Position numbers and translations under genes: made by a program. Positions 47,753 through 56,782 of a DNA stretch of 64,000 nucleotides are shown one piece after another. Source of the stretch: a bacterium. Its GTDB lineage: Bacteria; Cyanobacteriota; Vampirovibrionia; Gastranaerophilales; JBAXKC01. Each line of letters starts with the position of its first letter. Position 1 is the stretch's first letter. The stretch covers positions 10,835-74,834 of the forward strand of contig JBAXKC010000006.1 of NCBI GenBank assembly GCA_037137535.1, in the 5' to 3' direction. The notes beneath the pieces were generated by a model. That model did no database searches. It was not told where the DNA came from and saw nothing but the letters and a program-made list of their open reading frames with translations.

Positions 47753-48667
47753 TTATGCAGGCATTTTAAAAAGCCATGCAAAAACTACATTCATGGTGAA
47801 TTTTGTTATTTTAAAGTAATTTAACAGTATTGTAGGATCTAAGATTATACATTTAACTAAATATTTAAAAGTTTTATCGCTTACTCTTTTATTATCTTTA
47901 TAAAAATGTCTTGCAGCTTGATTATAGTAAATCATTGCATAAGCTTTATTTTTTAAATATTCGTATTCTTTATTATTTCTAAAAAAATTATATAAAATTT
48001 TCTCATGAGTTTTACGCTCAAAATCAAAATCAATTGTTCTTGTAATACTGTTTTTGGAGGTTAACCGTTTAGTTAATGGTCTATCAACGCATTTAACCTT
48101 AGTTTTAGGGTAAATTTTTAGCCATAAATCCCAGTCTTCTCCAATCCTTAGATTTTGGTCAAACCCTCCTGTTTCTAATAATAGATCTTTTTTTACTAAA
48201 ACAGTACTTGGGAAAGCAATATTATTAAAAGGATCGGTAAGTAGTGTTACTAAATATTTTGTTGATTCTCTTTCTTTAAAGCTAATCAATTTCGATTCTT
48301 TACCTTGAGGCTCTAGAATAAATGATCCGTAAAGCATGCCTGCATTTGCTTCAGACAATAGCTGTAAACTGATTTCAAGTTTATTTGGCATATAAATATC
48401 ATCCGCATCTAAAAAAGCGATATATTCACCGCTTGCTATATCTATTGCCGTATTTCTAGCCTTTGAAGGTCCTGAATTTTGTTGATATATATATTTGACT
48501 CTTTTATCTTTAAATGCTTGAACAATTTCTCTTGTATTATCTGTTGAACCATCATCCACAATGATTATTTCAAAATTTTGATATGTTTGATTTAATACAG
48601 AGTCGATAGCTTTTCCTATATTTTTTTCTTCATTATAAGCTGGTATAACTACGCTAATCATTTTCAT
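47753..48667 (-). CDS. Glycosyltransferase family 2
   Basis: SVVIPAYN, VDDGSTD, ARN, FLDADD, GEDWDLW. Confidence 0.93.
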   Translation of the reverse strand: MKMISVVIPAYNEEKNIGKAIDSVLNQTYQNFEIIIVDDGSTDNTREIVQAFKDKRVKYIYQQNSGPSKARNTAIDIASGEYIAFLDADDIYMPNKLEISLQLLSEANAGMLYGSFILEPQGKESKLISFKERESTKYLVTLLTDPFNNIAFPSTVLVKKDLLLETGGFDQNLRIGEDWDLWLKIYPKTKVKCVDRPLTKRLTSKNSITRTIDFDFERKTHEKILYNFFRNNKEYEYLKNKAYAMIYYNQAARHFYKDNKRVSDKTFKYLVKCIILDPTILLNYFKITKFTMNVVFAWLFKMPA

Positions 48668-48761
48668 AAATCGTTTCTTTATTTCAATTAAGTCATTTAT
48701 TATTTAAGCCTAAATTATAAATTTATTAACCTATCTAAGTAACCTATAATTAAGGCTAATA

Positions 48762-48791
48762 AAAAGAGCCGTAAGCGTTTACGACTCTTTT
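48762..48791 (-). terminator. Terminator of the radical SAM gene
   Basis: AAAAGAGCCGTAA / TTACGACTCTTTT. Confidence 0.65.
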
Positions 48792-48809
48792 GTCAAATAT
48801 TAAGCTATA

Positions 48810-49715
48810 TTATTTTAAAGCCCATTCATTATTAAACATAGGCTTATTATGAAGATTACATGTAAAACAAGCGCTTGTTTCAAGAAAAGTCTTTGTCGCA
48901 GAATCTTTAAGAGTATTACCAACTTTTCCTCTCGGGTCATTAACCAGAGCAGGACAAGAGTAAACTCCTTTTGCAGTTACTACCCTTGAATATGCACAAT
49001 CAAAACGACAAGTTGATTGATCGGCAAGAGTTTTTTCTGTTACAAATTCTTCGTCTTTATAGCCTTCATTATTTTTAGCATATTCACCAACTTTTAATGC
49101 CGGAATAATATTAACATTAAACTCTGCAGGCTCTAATCCACATTTGTTCAAAATACTTAAAAAGCCTTCCTTTAATTCTTCAACATCTTCATTCCATAAA
49201 TTTACACAATTTATAATAGGATTAAATCCATAATTAATAAGATGTTGAATAGCGGCAACAGCTTTTTTAAAAGAGCCTTTTCCTCTTATATCATCATTCT
49301 TTTGCTCATTATAATGGTCAAGACTGATTTTAAATACAAGTTCATGTTCATTATTGTGTTCTTGTTCGATTTGTCTTAAAAAACGAGCTTTTTTGTCATT
49401 AATAAGAATTCCGTTTGAAAGTATAGTAACATTTGCTTTTTTAAGACAAAGTCTGATAATGCTGTTAATATCAGGATGTAAAAGAGGTTCTCCACCTGTA
49501 AGATAGATATAATCTAATTTATTACCTTCTATATCAGCTAAAGAGTTTTTGATTTTCTCCATCCCCAAAAAACTTTTAATTTTTGTTGTCGGTTGACAAC
49601 CAAGATAACAATGTTTACATTTTAAATTACAGTTTACATCTGAGAGTTGGAACCATAAATTATTAAACATTTTTAATTCAACGCACGGCGCTTTAAAACT
49701 CAATTGAGTTACCAT
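48810..49715 (-). CDS. Radical SAM protein with C-terminal Cys motif
   Basis: CNLKCKHC, TGGEP, SNG, ISLD; C-terminal DC...YSCP...ACFTC; AAGGAGG RBS. Confidence 0.9.
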   Translation of the reverse strand: MVTQLSFKAPCVELKMFNNLWFQLSDVNCNLKCKHCYLGCQPTTKIKSFLGMEKIKNSLADIEGNKLDYIYLTGGEPLLHPDINSIIRLCLKKANVTILSNGILINDKKARFLRQIEQEHNNEHELVFKISLDHYNEQKNDDIRGKGSFKKAVAAIQHLINYGFNPIINCVNLWNEDVEELKEGFLSILNKCGLEPAEFNVNIIPALKVGEYAKNNEGYKDEEFVTEKTLADQSTCRFDCAYSRVVTAKGVYSCPALVNDPRGKVGNTLKDSATKTFLETSACFTCNLHNKPMFNNEWALK

Positions 49716-50002
49716 TTCTTCAACCTCCTTGACTATATTAGTATTCTAGTAAAGACCATGCCCGTTTGGAAATAACACAACCGAGCTAATCACAAGCTAT
49801 AACCATGAGATTAATATTCAAATCTCGTAATAATACAAATGATGTAGAAAACTTAAGCCTAAGACTTTTAAAAGCTTTAACAACGTTGATTTTTGGTCGG
49901 TCTTTTAAATAAAATTTTTTGAAATATAATTAAAGTATATGTAAAGATTCTTTTAACTGTAGTTACTTAATACAACAGTTTTTTCAAAAGAAAGGTAGAG
50001 CT

Positions 50003-52072
50003 GTGGCTAAATATTTACTTGAGATCGGGACGGAAGAACTTCCTTATAAATTTGTTCCTACTGCCATGGAGCAGCTTAAAGAACAGGTATCCAAGATACT
50101 AACTGAAAATAGAGTTACTTTTGGTGAAATTACAACCTATGGAACTCCGAGAAGACTTTCCTTAATAATTGATAACATTTCGGAATCCCAACCTGACCTA
50201 ACAAGAAAAATCAAAGGCCCACCTGCAAATGTTGCTTTTGACAAAGATAAAAACCTTACCCCTGCGGGTTTAGGCTTTGCTAAAAAACAAAATCTTTCTG
50301 CTGATATTCTCTTTATTGAAAAAAGCGGTGAAATAGAGTATGTCTTCGCAGAAATTAAAGAAGAGGGAAAACCTGTATCTGAAGTTTTATCACAGTTAAT
50401 ACCACAAGCAGTTTTAAGCCTTCAAGGTTCTCACTTTATGAGATGGGCTGATCTTGATATAAAATTCCAAAGACCTATCAGATGGATTGTTTCTTTACTT
50501 GATGAAAAAGAAGTAAAAATGCAGATCGGAAATGCAAAATCTGGTCGTATCTCAAGAGGGCATAGATTTGCTCAATACAGTCAAGTTGAAATTAGCTCCG
50601 TTGACAGTTATTTAGAAGATTTATCAACTGTAAACGTAATCGTAAATCAGGACGAAAGAAAAAATATAATAAGAAAACAAGTAAATGAAAAAGCTGAAGC
50701 AGTAGGCGGAAAAGCTTATATTGACGAACGTCTTTTAGATGAAGTTACTTATCTTGTTGAATATCCTGTTGCATTTTTAGGCGAATTTGAAGAAAAATAT
50801 CTTGAAATACCTCAATCGGTTGTAACTACTGTTATGGCTGCTCATCAAAGATATTTCCCTGTATTTGCCCAAAATTCCGAAAATATTTTAAATTATTTTA
50901 TTACGATCACAAATTATCTTGGTGATAATTTTGAAAATATTAAAAAAGGAAATGAGAGAGTTATCAAAGCCAGACTTGATGATGCTATTTTCTTCTGCGA
51001 AGAGGATAAAAAGAAAACTCTTGTTTCAAGAATTGAAGAATTAAAAGGTGTAACCTTTCAAAAAGGTCTTGGAACAATGTTTGATAAGACTGAAAGAATT
51101 AAAAAAATAGCCTGTGTTGCTGCTAAAAAACTTAATCTTGATGAAGCCTTGACTCAAAAAATCGAGAAAACAGCGTCATTATGTAAAGCAGACCTTGTAA
51201 CCAGCCTTGTAAGAGAATTTACAGAGCTTCAAGGTATAATCGGCGGTGATTATGCTTTAAAAGAAGGTGAAGATTCACTTGTCGCAAATGGTGTAAGAGA
51301 ACATTACCTTCCTATTTCTGTTGATAGCGGTCTTGCCAATTCTTTAACAGGTCAAATAGTTGGTATTTCTGATAAAATTGATACTATTGTTGCAGTTTTC
51401 GCAATTGGAAAAGCTCCTACAGGTTCTGCTGATCCTTTAGCACTTAGAAGAGCAGCTCTTGGGATTATTCAGACTGTTTTAGAAAAAGATATTAATTTGA
51501 ATATTGCAGAATTAATAAATAACGCTATTGAACTTTTAACAGTTAAAATTCAAGATAAAAACAAACTTTGTAGCGATATAAGTGAGTTTATAATTCAAAG
51601 ATTTAGAGTTTACTTGAATGATAAATATAAATATGATGTTGTTGAAGCTGCTCTTTCCTCTCATAATCCTCTTGAATGCCTTACTGATGTTTTAAAAAGA
51701 GCTGAAGTATTAACTAATCTGGTCAGTAGAGAAAATTATGCTTCATTCCATGAAGCAGCAAATCGTATAATCAGAATTATTAAGGATAAAGAAGATTTAC
51801 AACTTCCTAATGCAGAATTATTTGTTATTAATGAAGAAAAAGTTCTTTATGAGGCCATCAATAAAATAAATGATGAGAAACTTGCTGATAATGGCGAATA
51901 TACTCAACTAATTGCAGAGCTTGAAGCTTGTATTCCTGCTATTGATAAGTTCTTTGAGCATGTTCTTGTTATGGACGAAAATCTTGATATAAGACAAAAT
52001 AGAATGAAACTTTTGACTTTTGCTAAGTTAAAGTTCCAAAAAATAGCAGATTTTAGCAAAATAGTTGCATAA
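50003..52072 (+). CDS. glyS: Glycine--tRNA ligase beta subunit
   Basis: LLEIGTEELP, TPRRL, MRW...FQRPIRW, HQRYFP, GNERVIKARLDDA, KADL, EFTELQG, GSADPLALRR, DALR tail FFEHVLVM. Confidence 0.96.
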   Translation: MAKYLLEIGTEELPYKFVPTAMEQLKEQVSKILTENRVTFGEITTYGTPRRLSLIIDNISESQPDLTRKIKGPPANVAFDKDKNLTPAGLGFAKKQNLSADILFIEKSGEIEYVFAEIKEEGKPVSEVLSQLIPQAVLSLQGSHFMRWADLDIKFQRPIRWIVSLLDEKEVKMQIGNAKSGRISRGHRFAQYSQVEISSVDSYLEDLSTVNVIVNQDERKNIIRKQVNEKAEAVGGKAYIDERLLDEVTYLVEYPVAFLGEFEEKYLEIPQSVVTTVMAAHQRYFPVFAQNSENILNYFITITNYLGDNFENIKKGNERVIKARLDDAIFFCEEDKKKTLVSRIEELKGVTFQKGLGTMFDKTERIKKIACVAAKKLNLDEALTQKIEKTASLCKADLVTSLVREFTELQGIIGGDYALKEGEDSLVANGVREHYLPISVDSGLANSLTGQIVGISDKIDTIVAVFAIGKAPTGSADPLALRRAALGIIQTVLEKDINLNIAELINNAIELLTVKIQDKNKLCSDISEFIIQRFRVYLNDKYKYDVVEAALSSHNPLECLTDVLKRAEVLTNLVSRENYASFHEAANRIIRIIKDKEDLQLPNAELFVINEEKVLYEAINKINDEKLADNGEYTQLIAELEACIPAIDKFFEHVLVMDENLDIRQNRMKLLTFAKLKFQKIADFSKIVA

Positions 52073-53829
52073 TGAAATCATCAGAAGCTAATATTAAGCT
52101 CGAACTTCTCAATAAAGTTACAGAGTCTGATATAAAACTTCAAAAAATAAAAAGACAGATTATTATTAATACTTTAATTAGTTTTATAATACTGTCTTTT
52201 ATTTTTTCCCTTGTTTTAACTTGTTATATTTCGAGTAAATTAAAATATAAGCATTTAGATAAAGAAATTTTTAATATTTTATACTCAAAAAATTTCTTAA
52301 TTTATGATGAGAAAAATATTCCTGTTGCTGTTGGTAATAATAAAAATTATCAGATTTATCTTTCTCCCGAAGAAATTTCACCCTATTTAAAAAAAGAGAT
52401 TGTCTTATTGCAGGATAAAAGTTTTTATCAGACTAAAGGCTTAAATTTATCTTATTTAATTAGTAATGTTTTAAATCTTATGCATAACAAACCTATTGAT
52501 AAGGAAACTATTTCAACAAAACTTGTTAAATCATTTCCTTCTGAATGCAAAAACATATTAAATAAAAAACTATTTCAAATTATTTATTCTTTAGACTTAG
52601 AACATAAGTTTTCTAAAGATCAAATAATAACAATTTATTTGAATAATATTAGTTTGAAAAATACAGGCAAAGGACTTGATGAAAATTCAAAACTTTATTT
52701 TGGAAAATTTGCGTCTGAGCTTAATCAAGAAGAAAGTGAACTTTTTGTTCTTATGCTTTTTGGCAAAGGACAACTTGAAAAAATAACACCTAGAGATAAT
52801 ATTTCTAAATATTCATATTTTATAGATTATTCAATCGCAGAAGCTAAAGATCTTACACATTGTTCAAATCTTAACGGACTAAAAATATATACTAAATTAA
52901 ATAGAAAATTACAGATAAAAAGTGAAGATGTTATTAAAAAACGTTTAACTCAAATATCTATTAATAATAAACAAACTCAATCAGCTGTTTTATTAACAGA
53001 CACTAATAGTAGCTCAATTATTACAATAATAGGCGGAAAAGACTTTATCAAAGGCGATTTTAATAGAGCTTATCAATCAAAAAGAAACATAGGTTCAACT
53101 TTTAAGCCTATTATTTATCTTATTGCACTTGAGAAAGGACTAATAACACCAAAAACCATATTTAAAGACGAACCTGTCGAATTTATGGGCAATAAACAAT
53201 CTTGGAAACCTAGAAATTGGGATGGCAAATATCTTGGAAATATTGACATTCAACAATCAATTGCTCTTTCAAGAAATACTGTTGCAATAAAGCTTGCTTC
53301 ACAAATCGGTGTAAAAGAATTGATTAACAAATCAAGGCAATTGGGAATAACAGACAAATTACCCGAAAATTTAACTATTTCAATAGGCTCGGCAAGTTTA
53401 ACATTAAAAGAACTTACAGGTATTTATTCTACTTTTGGAAGAGAAGGTTTATATATAAATCCCCATGCTGTAAATAAAATTCAAATAGGGAAAATAATAT
53501 TAACTCCTAATATTCAGAAGAAGCAGGTGATTGAGAAAGCACCTACAAGAGAATTAAATAAAATCTTATCAACTACTTTAGATAAGGAAATAGTTCAAGA
53601 TTTCAATAAACAAAAAATTATGGTCAGCGGAAAGACAGGAACGTCTGATGAGTCTAAAGATTTATGGTTTGCTGGATATAATAAGGATTTAACAGGTATT
53701 GTCTGGATTGGAAATGATAAAAATAAGCCGATGAATGATATTTATAGCAAAAGTTGTGCCGAAATATGGGCAGATTTGGCAAAGAATTATTATTATTCTT
53801 CTTTAGATAGCAATAAGTCCAGATACTAG
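52072..53829 (+). CDS. Class A PBP-like protein with degenerate transglycosylase and intact transpeptidase motifs
   Basis: TM anchor; LQDKSFY in place of EDxxF; transpeptidase STFK, SRN, KTG, DLWFAG, VWIGND. Confidence 0.82.
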   Translation: MKSSEANIKLELLNKVTESDIKLQKIKRQIIINTLISFIILSFIFSLVLTCYISSKLKYKHLDKEIFNILYSKNFLIYDEKNIPVAVGNNKNYQIYLSPEEISPYLKKEIVLLQDKSFYQTKGLNLSYLISNVLNLMHNKPIDKETISTKLVKSFPSECKNILNKKLFQIIYSLDLEHKFSKDQIITIYLNNISLKNTGKGLDENSKLYFGKFASELNQEESELFVLMLFGKGQLEKITPRDNISKYSYFIDYSIAEAKDLTHCSNLNGLKIYTKLNRKLQIKSEDVIKKRLTQISINNKQTQSAVLLTDTNSSSIITIIGGKDFIKGDFNRAYQSKRNIGSTFKPIIYLIALEKGLITPKTIFKDEPVEFMGNKQSWKPRNWDGKYLGNIDIQQSIALSRNTVAIKLASQIGVKELINKSRQLGITDKLPENLTISIGSASLTLKELTGIYSTFGREGLYINPHAVNKIQIGKIILTPNIQKKQVIEKAPTRELNKILSTTLDKEIVQDFNKQKIMVSGKTGTSDESKDLWFAGYNKDLTGIVWIGNDKNKPMNDIYSKSCAEIWADLAKNYYYSSLDSNKSRY

Positions 53830-53846
53830 CCGATTTCTTTGATAAC

Positions 53847-53891
53847 TATAAAGCAAATTATCCGCTAATAAACGTGATAATTTGCTTTATA
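53847..53891. terminator. Long hairpin or bidirectional terminator
   Basis: 16-bp perfect inverted repeat TATAAAGCAAATTATC / GATAATTTGCTTTATA. Confidence 0.65.
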
Positions 53892-53906
53892 TACTAAATT
53901 AACTTA

Positions 53907-54923
53907 TTAAACTGATAAAAGTTCTTTTTTTACTTCTCTTGCAACCGCTTCAGCTAATTCAAACGTAGAAGAAGTTCCGCCAAGGTCAAAAGTTGTGTGT
54001 TTGCCTTCGCCTATAACTTTAATTACTGAATTATGTAGAGCTTTAGAAGCTTTATGTTCACCGATATGACTTAACATTAATGATGCGGAAAGAATTAATG
54101 CAGTTGGATTAGCTTTATGTAAACCTTTTAAAGTTGGAGAACTGCCATGAACAGGTTCAAATACAGCTACTGCTTCACCAATATTAGCCCCTGGTGCAAC
54201 TCCTAGACCGCCTACCAATCCTGCGGCAAGATCAGAAACAATATCACCGTATAGATTTGGCATAACTAGCACATCATAAAGTTCGGGATTTTGAACTAAT
54301 TGCATGCACATATTGTCTACTAGAATTTCATCATAAGCTATTTCAGGGTAATTTTTTGCTATTGTTCTAACTGAATCAAGAAAAAGGCCGTCTGTAAGTT
54401 TACATATGTTGGCTTTTGTTAATGCGGTAACTTTTTTTCGTCCTTCTCTTATCGCATAATCAAAAGCATATTGTGCAATTCTTTCAGAAGCTCCTCTTGT
54501 TATTATTTTAATCGACTCGGCTGTGTTTTCATCAATTTGTCTTTCTATTCCTGCATAAAGGTCTTCTGTATTTTCTCGGACTATTACTAAATCAACATCT
54601 TCATATCTTGATTTAACACCTTTAATTGTTTTTGCCGGTCTTAAATTAGCGTATAAATTCAATTCTTTTCTTAATGTCACGTTTACGCTTCTGAAACCTG
54701 TTCCGATTGGGGTTGTTATAGGTCCTTTAAGGGCAACTTTGTTTTTTTTAATTGAATCTATTACATTTTGAGGAAGTGGAGTGCCTTCGGTTTCAATAAA
54801 ATCAGAACCTGCGTTGACTACTTCCCAATTTATTTTTACGCCTGTTGCTTCAATGGCAATTTTTGCCGCTTCCGTAATTTCAGGACCAATACCATCACCA
54901 GGAATTAAAGTAATATTATACAT
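53907..54923 (-). CDS. Isocitrate/isopropylmalate dehydrogenase family protein (probably NAD-dependent IDH)
   Basis: PGDGIGPE, KGPITTP, SVNVTLR (isocitrate-type Ser/Asn), RENTEDLY, KANI, NLYGDIVSD, FEPVHGS. Confidence 0.9.
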   Translation of the reverse strand: MYNITLIPGDGIGPEITEAAKIAIEATGVKINWEVVNAGSDFIETEGTPLPQNVIDSIKKNKVALKGPITTPIGTGFRSVNVTLRKELNLYANLRPAKTIKGVKSRYEDVDLVIVRENTEDLYAGIERQIDENTAESIKIITRGASERIAQYAFDYAIREGRKKVTALTKANICKLTDGLFLDSVRTIAKNYPEIAYDEILVDNMCMQLVQNPELYDVLVMPNLYGDIVSDLAAGLVGGLGVAPGANIGEAVAVFEPVHGSSPTLKGLHKANPTALILSASLMLSHIGEHKASKALHNSVIKVIGEGKHTTFDLGGTSSTFELAEAVAREVKKELLSV

Positions 54924-54949
54924 TTTTACCTCGATAAATTTTTTATGTA

Positions 54950-55450
54950 CTAAACAAGTTGAAAATCGCCATGTTTTTCAATATGTTTCGCAAGTCCGCC
55001 TTCGTTAAGAATTTTAATCATTACGTCAGGAAGCGGAGTGATTTGAATATCAATATTTTTGGTGATATTTCTCACAATACCTCCTGATAAATCCACTTCA
55101 ATTTTATCACCTTCATCAATAAGGTCGGTATTACATTCAACTAATGGAAGTCCTACATTTATTGCGTTTCTGAAAAATATTCTCGCAAAAGATTTTGCTA
55201 AAACTGCATTTACTCCTGCAATTTTGATAATGGTTGGGGCATGTTCTCTTGAAGATCCTAATCCGAAATTTTTACCCGCTACAACAAAGTCGCCTTGCTC
55301 CATATTTGGTGCAAAATCTTCCCTTGCATCTTCAAGAACGTGTTTTGCAAGTTCAGGTAAATTTGTTCTGAGGTGAAATAATCTTCCCGGTGCAATATGG
55401 TCTGTACTTATATCATCGCCGAATTTCCAGGCTTTACCGTTCATTAACAT
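54950..55450 (-). CDS. LeuD/HacB-type (iso)citrate/isopropylmalate dehydratase small subunit
   Basis: FGDDISTDHIAPG, NFGLGSSREHA, SFARIFFRNAINVGLP. Confidence 0.92.
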   Translation of the reverse strand: MLMNGKAWKFGDDISTDHIAPGRLFHLRTNLPELAKHVLEDAREDFAPNMEQGDFVVAGKNFGLGSSREHAPTIIKIAGVNAVLAKSFARIFFRNAINVGLPLVECNTDLIDEGDKIEVDLSGGIVRNITKNIDIQITPLPDVMIKILNEGGLAKHIEKHGDFQLV

Positions 55451-55462
55451 TATTTAAAACTC

Positions 55463-56752
55463 CTAAGCGTTGTTTGTAGCTAAAACTTTTTCATTAGAAG
55501 AGAATAATTCTCTAGGATCTGCAATATAACCTTTAAGTGCTGTATATGCAGCTATTGCAGGTGAAGCAAGGTAAATAAATCCTTTGGTGTTACCCATTCT
55601 TCCTTGGAAATTTCTGTTTTGAGTAGCAACACAGACTTCATCATCACCTAAAATACCTGCATGCACTCCCACACAAGGACCACAACCAGGTGTATTGATT
55701 GTTCCACCTGCTTTTAGAATGGTTTCAATTAAACCTTCACTAATTGCATTTATTAAAATTTCTCTTGAAGCAGGAACAACAATTAACCTTACATCTGGGT
55801 TTATTTTTTTATCTTTTAAAATTTCAGCAGCAATTCTTAAATCTTCGATTCTTCCGTTTGTACAACTACCAATAAAGACCTGATCAACTTTAATTTCTTT
55901 TAATTCGCTGACTACTTTTGTATTGTCCACTGTATGAGGACATGAAACGGTTGGCTCAAGTGTTGCCACATCTATTTCAATAATTCTCTCGTATATTGCG
56001 CCTTCATCAGCATTTATTTCTCTGAATTTATCAGCTCTTCCTCTTGAATTCAAATATTCCCTTGTTATTTCATCTGAAGCAATAAGCCCAGCTTTAGCTC
56101 CTGCTTCAACAGCCATATTTGACAATGTAAACCTGTCAGTCATTGCCATTTTTTCAATAGTTTCGCCGCAAAATTCAAGAGCTTTATATGTTGCGCCATC
56201 AGCCCCAATGATTCCAATAAGATGTAAAATAAGGTCTTTAGGGTAAACTCCTTTTGGAAATTCTCCTGTAACCAATATTTTATAGGTTTCGGGTACTTTA
56301 AGCCATGTTTTGCCTAATGCAATAGCTATTCCCACGTCCGTAGAGCCCATTCCAGTTGCAAAAGCACCTAATGCTCCTGATGTGCAAGTATGAGAGTCTG
56401 CACCTACAAGGATTTCACCTGGATTTACATAATCTTCGACTAATCTTTGGTGACATACGCCTTCGCCCGATTCAGAAAGAATTACACCAGTTTTCTTTGC
56501 AAACTCTCTAAGTATTTTATGAGCATTAGAAAGCTCTTTACGAGGACTTGGTGCAGCGTGGTCAATGAAAAATATTGTTCTTGATGGGTTTGCCGCTTTT
56601 TCAAGGTTAATTTTCTGCATCTCTTGTACTGTCAGAGGTCCTGTTCCATCTTGAACAGCCGCTACATTAACATTTGCTACTACTATTTCGCCTGCGGTTA
56701 CTTCTCTACCACAGTGTTCACCAATTATTTTTTCTGCAATCGTTTTAGCCAT
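55463..56752 (-). CDS. LeuC/HacA-type dehydratase large subunit (aconitase superfamily)
   Basis: DH, GVCHQ, GADSHTCT, GSCTNGR, PGCGPCVG, NRNFQGRMG. Confidence 0.93.
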   Translation of the reverse strand: MAKTIAEKIIGEHCGREVTAGEIVVANVNVAAVQDGTGPLTVQEMQKINLEKAANPSRTIFFIDHAAPSPRKELSNAHKILREFAKKTGVILSESGEGVCHQRLVEDYVNPGEILVGADSHTCTSGALGAFATGMGSTDVGIAIALGKTWLKVPETYKILVTGEFPKGVYPKDLILHLIGIIGADGATYKALEFCGETIEKMAMTDRFTLSNMAVEAGAKAGLIASDEITREYLNSRGRADKFREINADEGAIYERIIEIDVATLEPTVSCPHTVDNTKVVSELKEIKVDQVFIGSCTNGRIEDLRIAAEILKDKKINPDVRLIVVPASREILINAISEGLIETILKAGGTINTPGCGPCVGVHAGILGDDEVCVATQNRNFQGRMGNTKGFIYLASPAIAAYTALKGYIADPRELFSSNEKVLATNNA

Positions 56753-56782
56753 GTTTAAATCCTTTTTATAATAGATAAATCA

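Noticed and set aside
49755-49800. Moco riboswitch-like words (CCCGTTTGGAAA, CCGAGC) on the plus strand
   Set aside because: The elements are in the wrong order, and the downstream plus-strand gene is glyS; no T-box or glycine riboswitch consensus is present either.
53847-53891. MITE or REP-like mobile repeats among the long intergenic hairpins (also 40217, 47587)
   Set aside because: The hairpins share no sequence with each other, show no target-site duplications and sit at gene ends, consistent with terminators.
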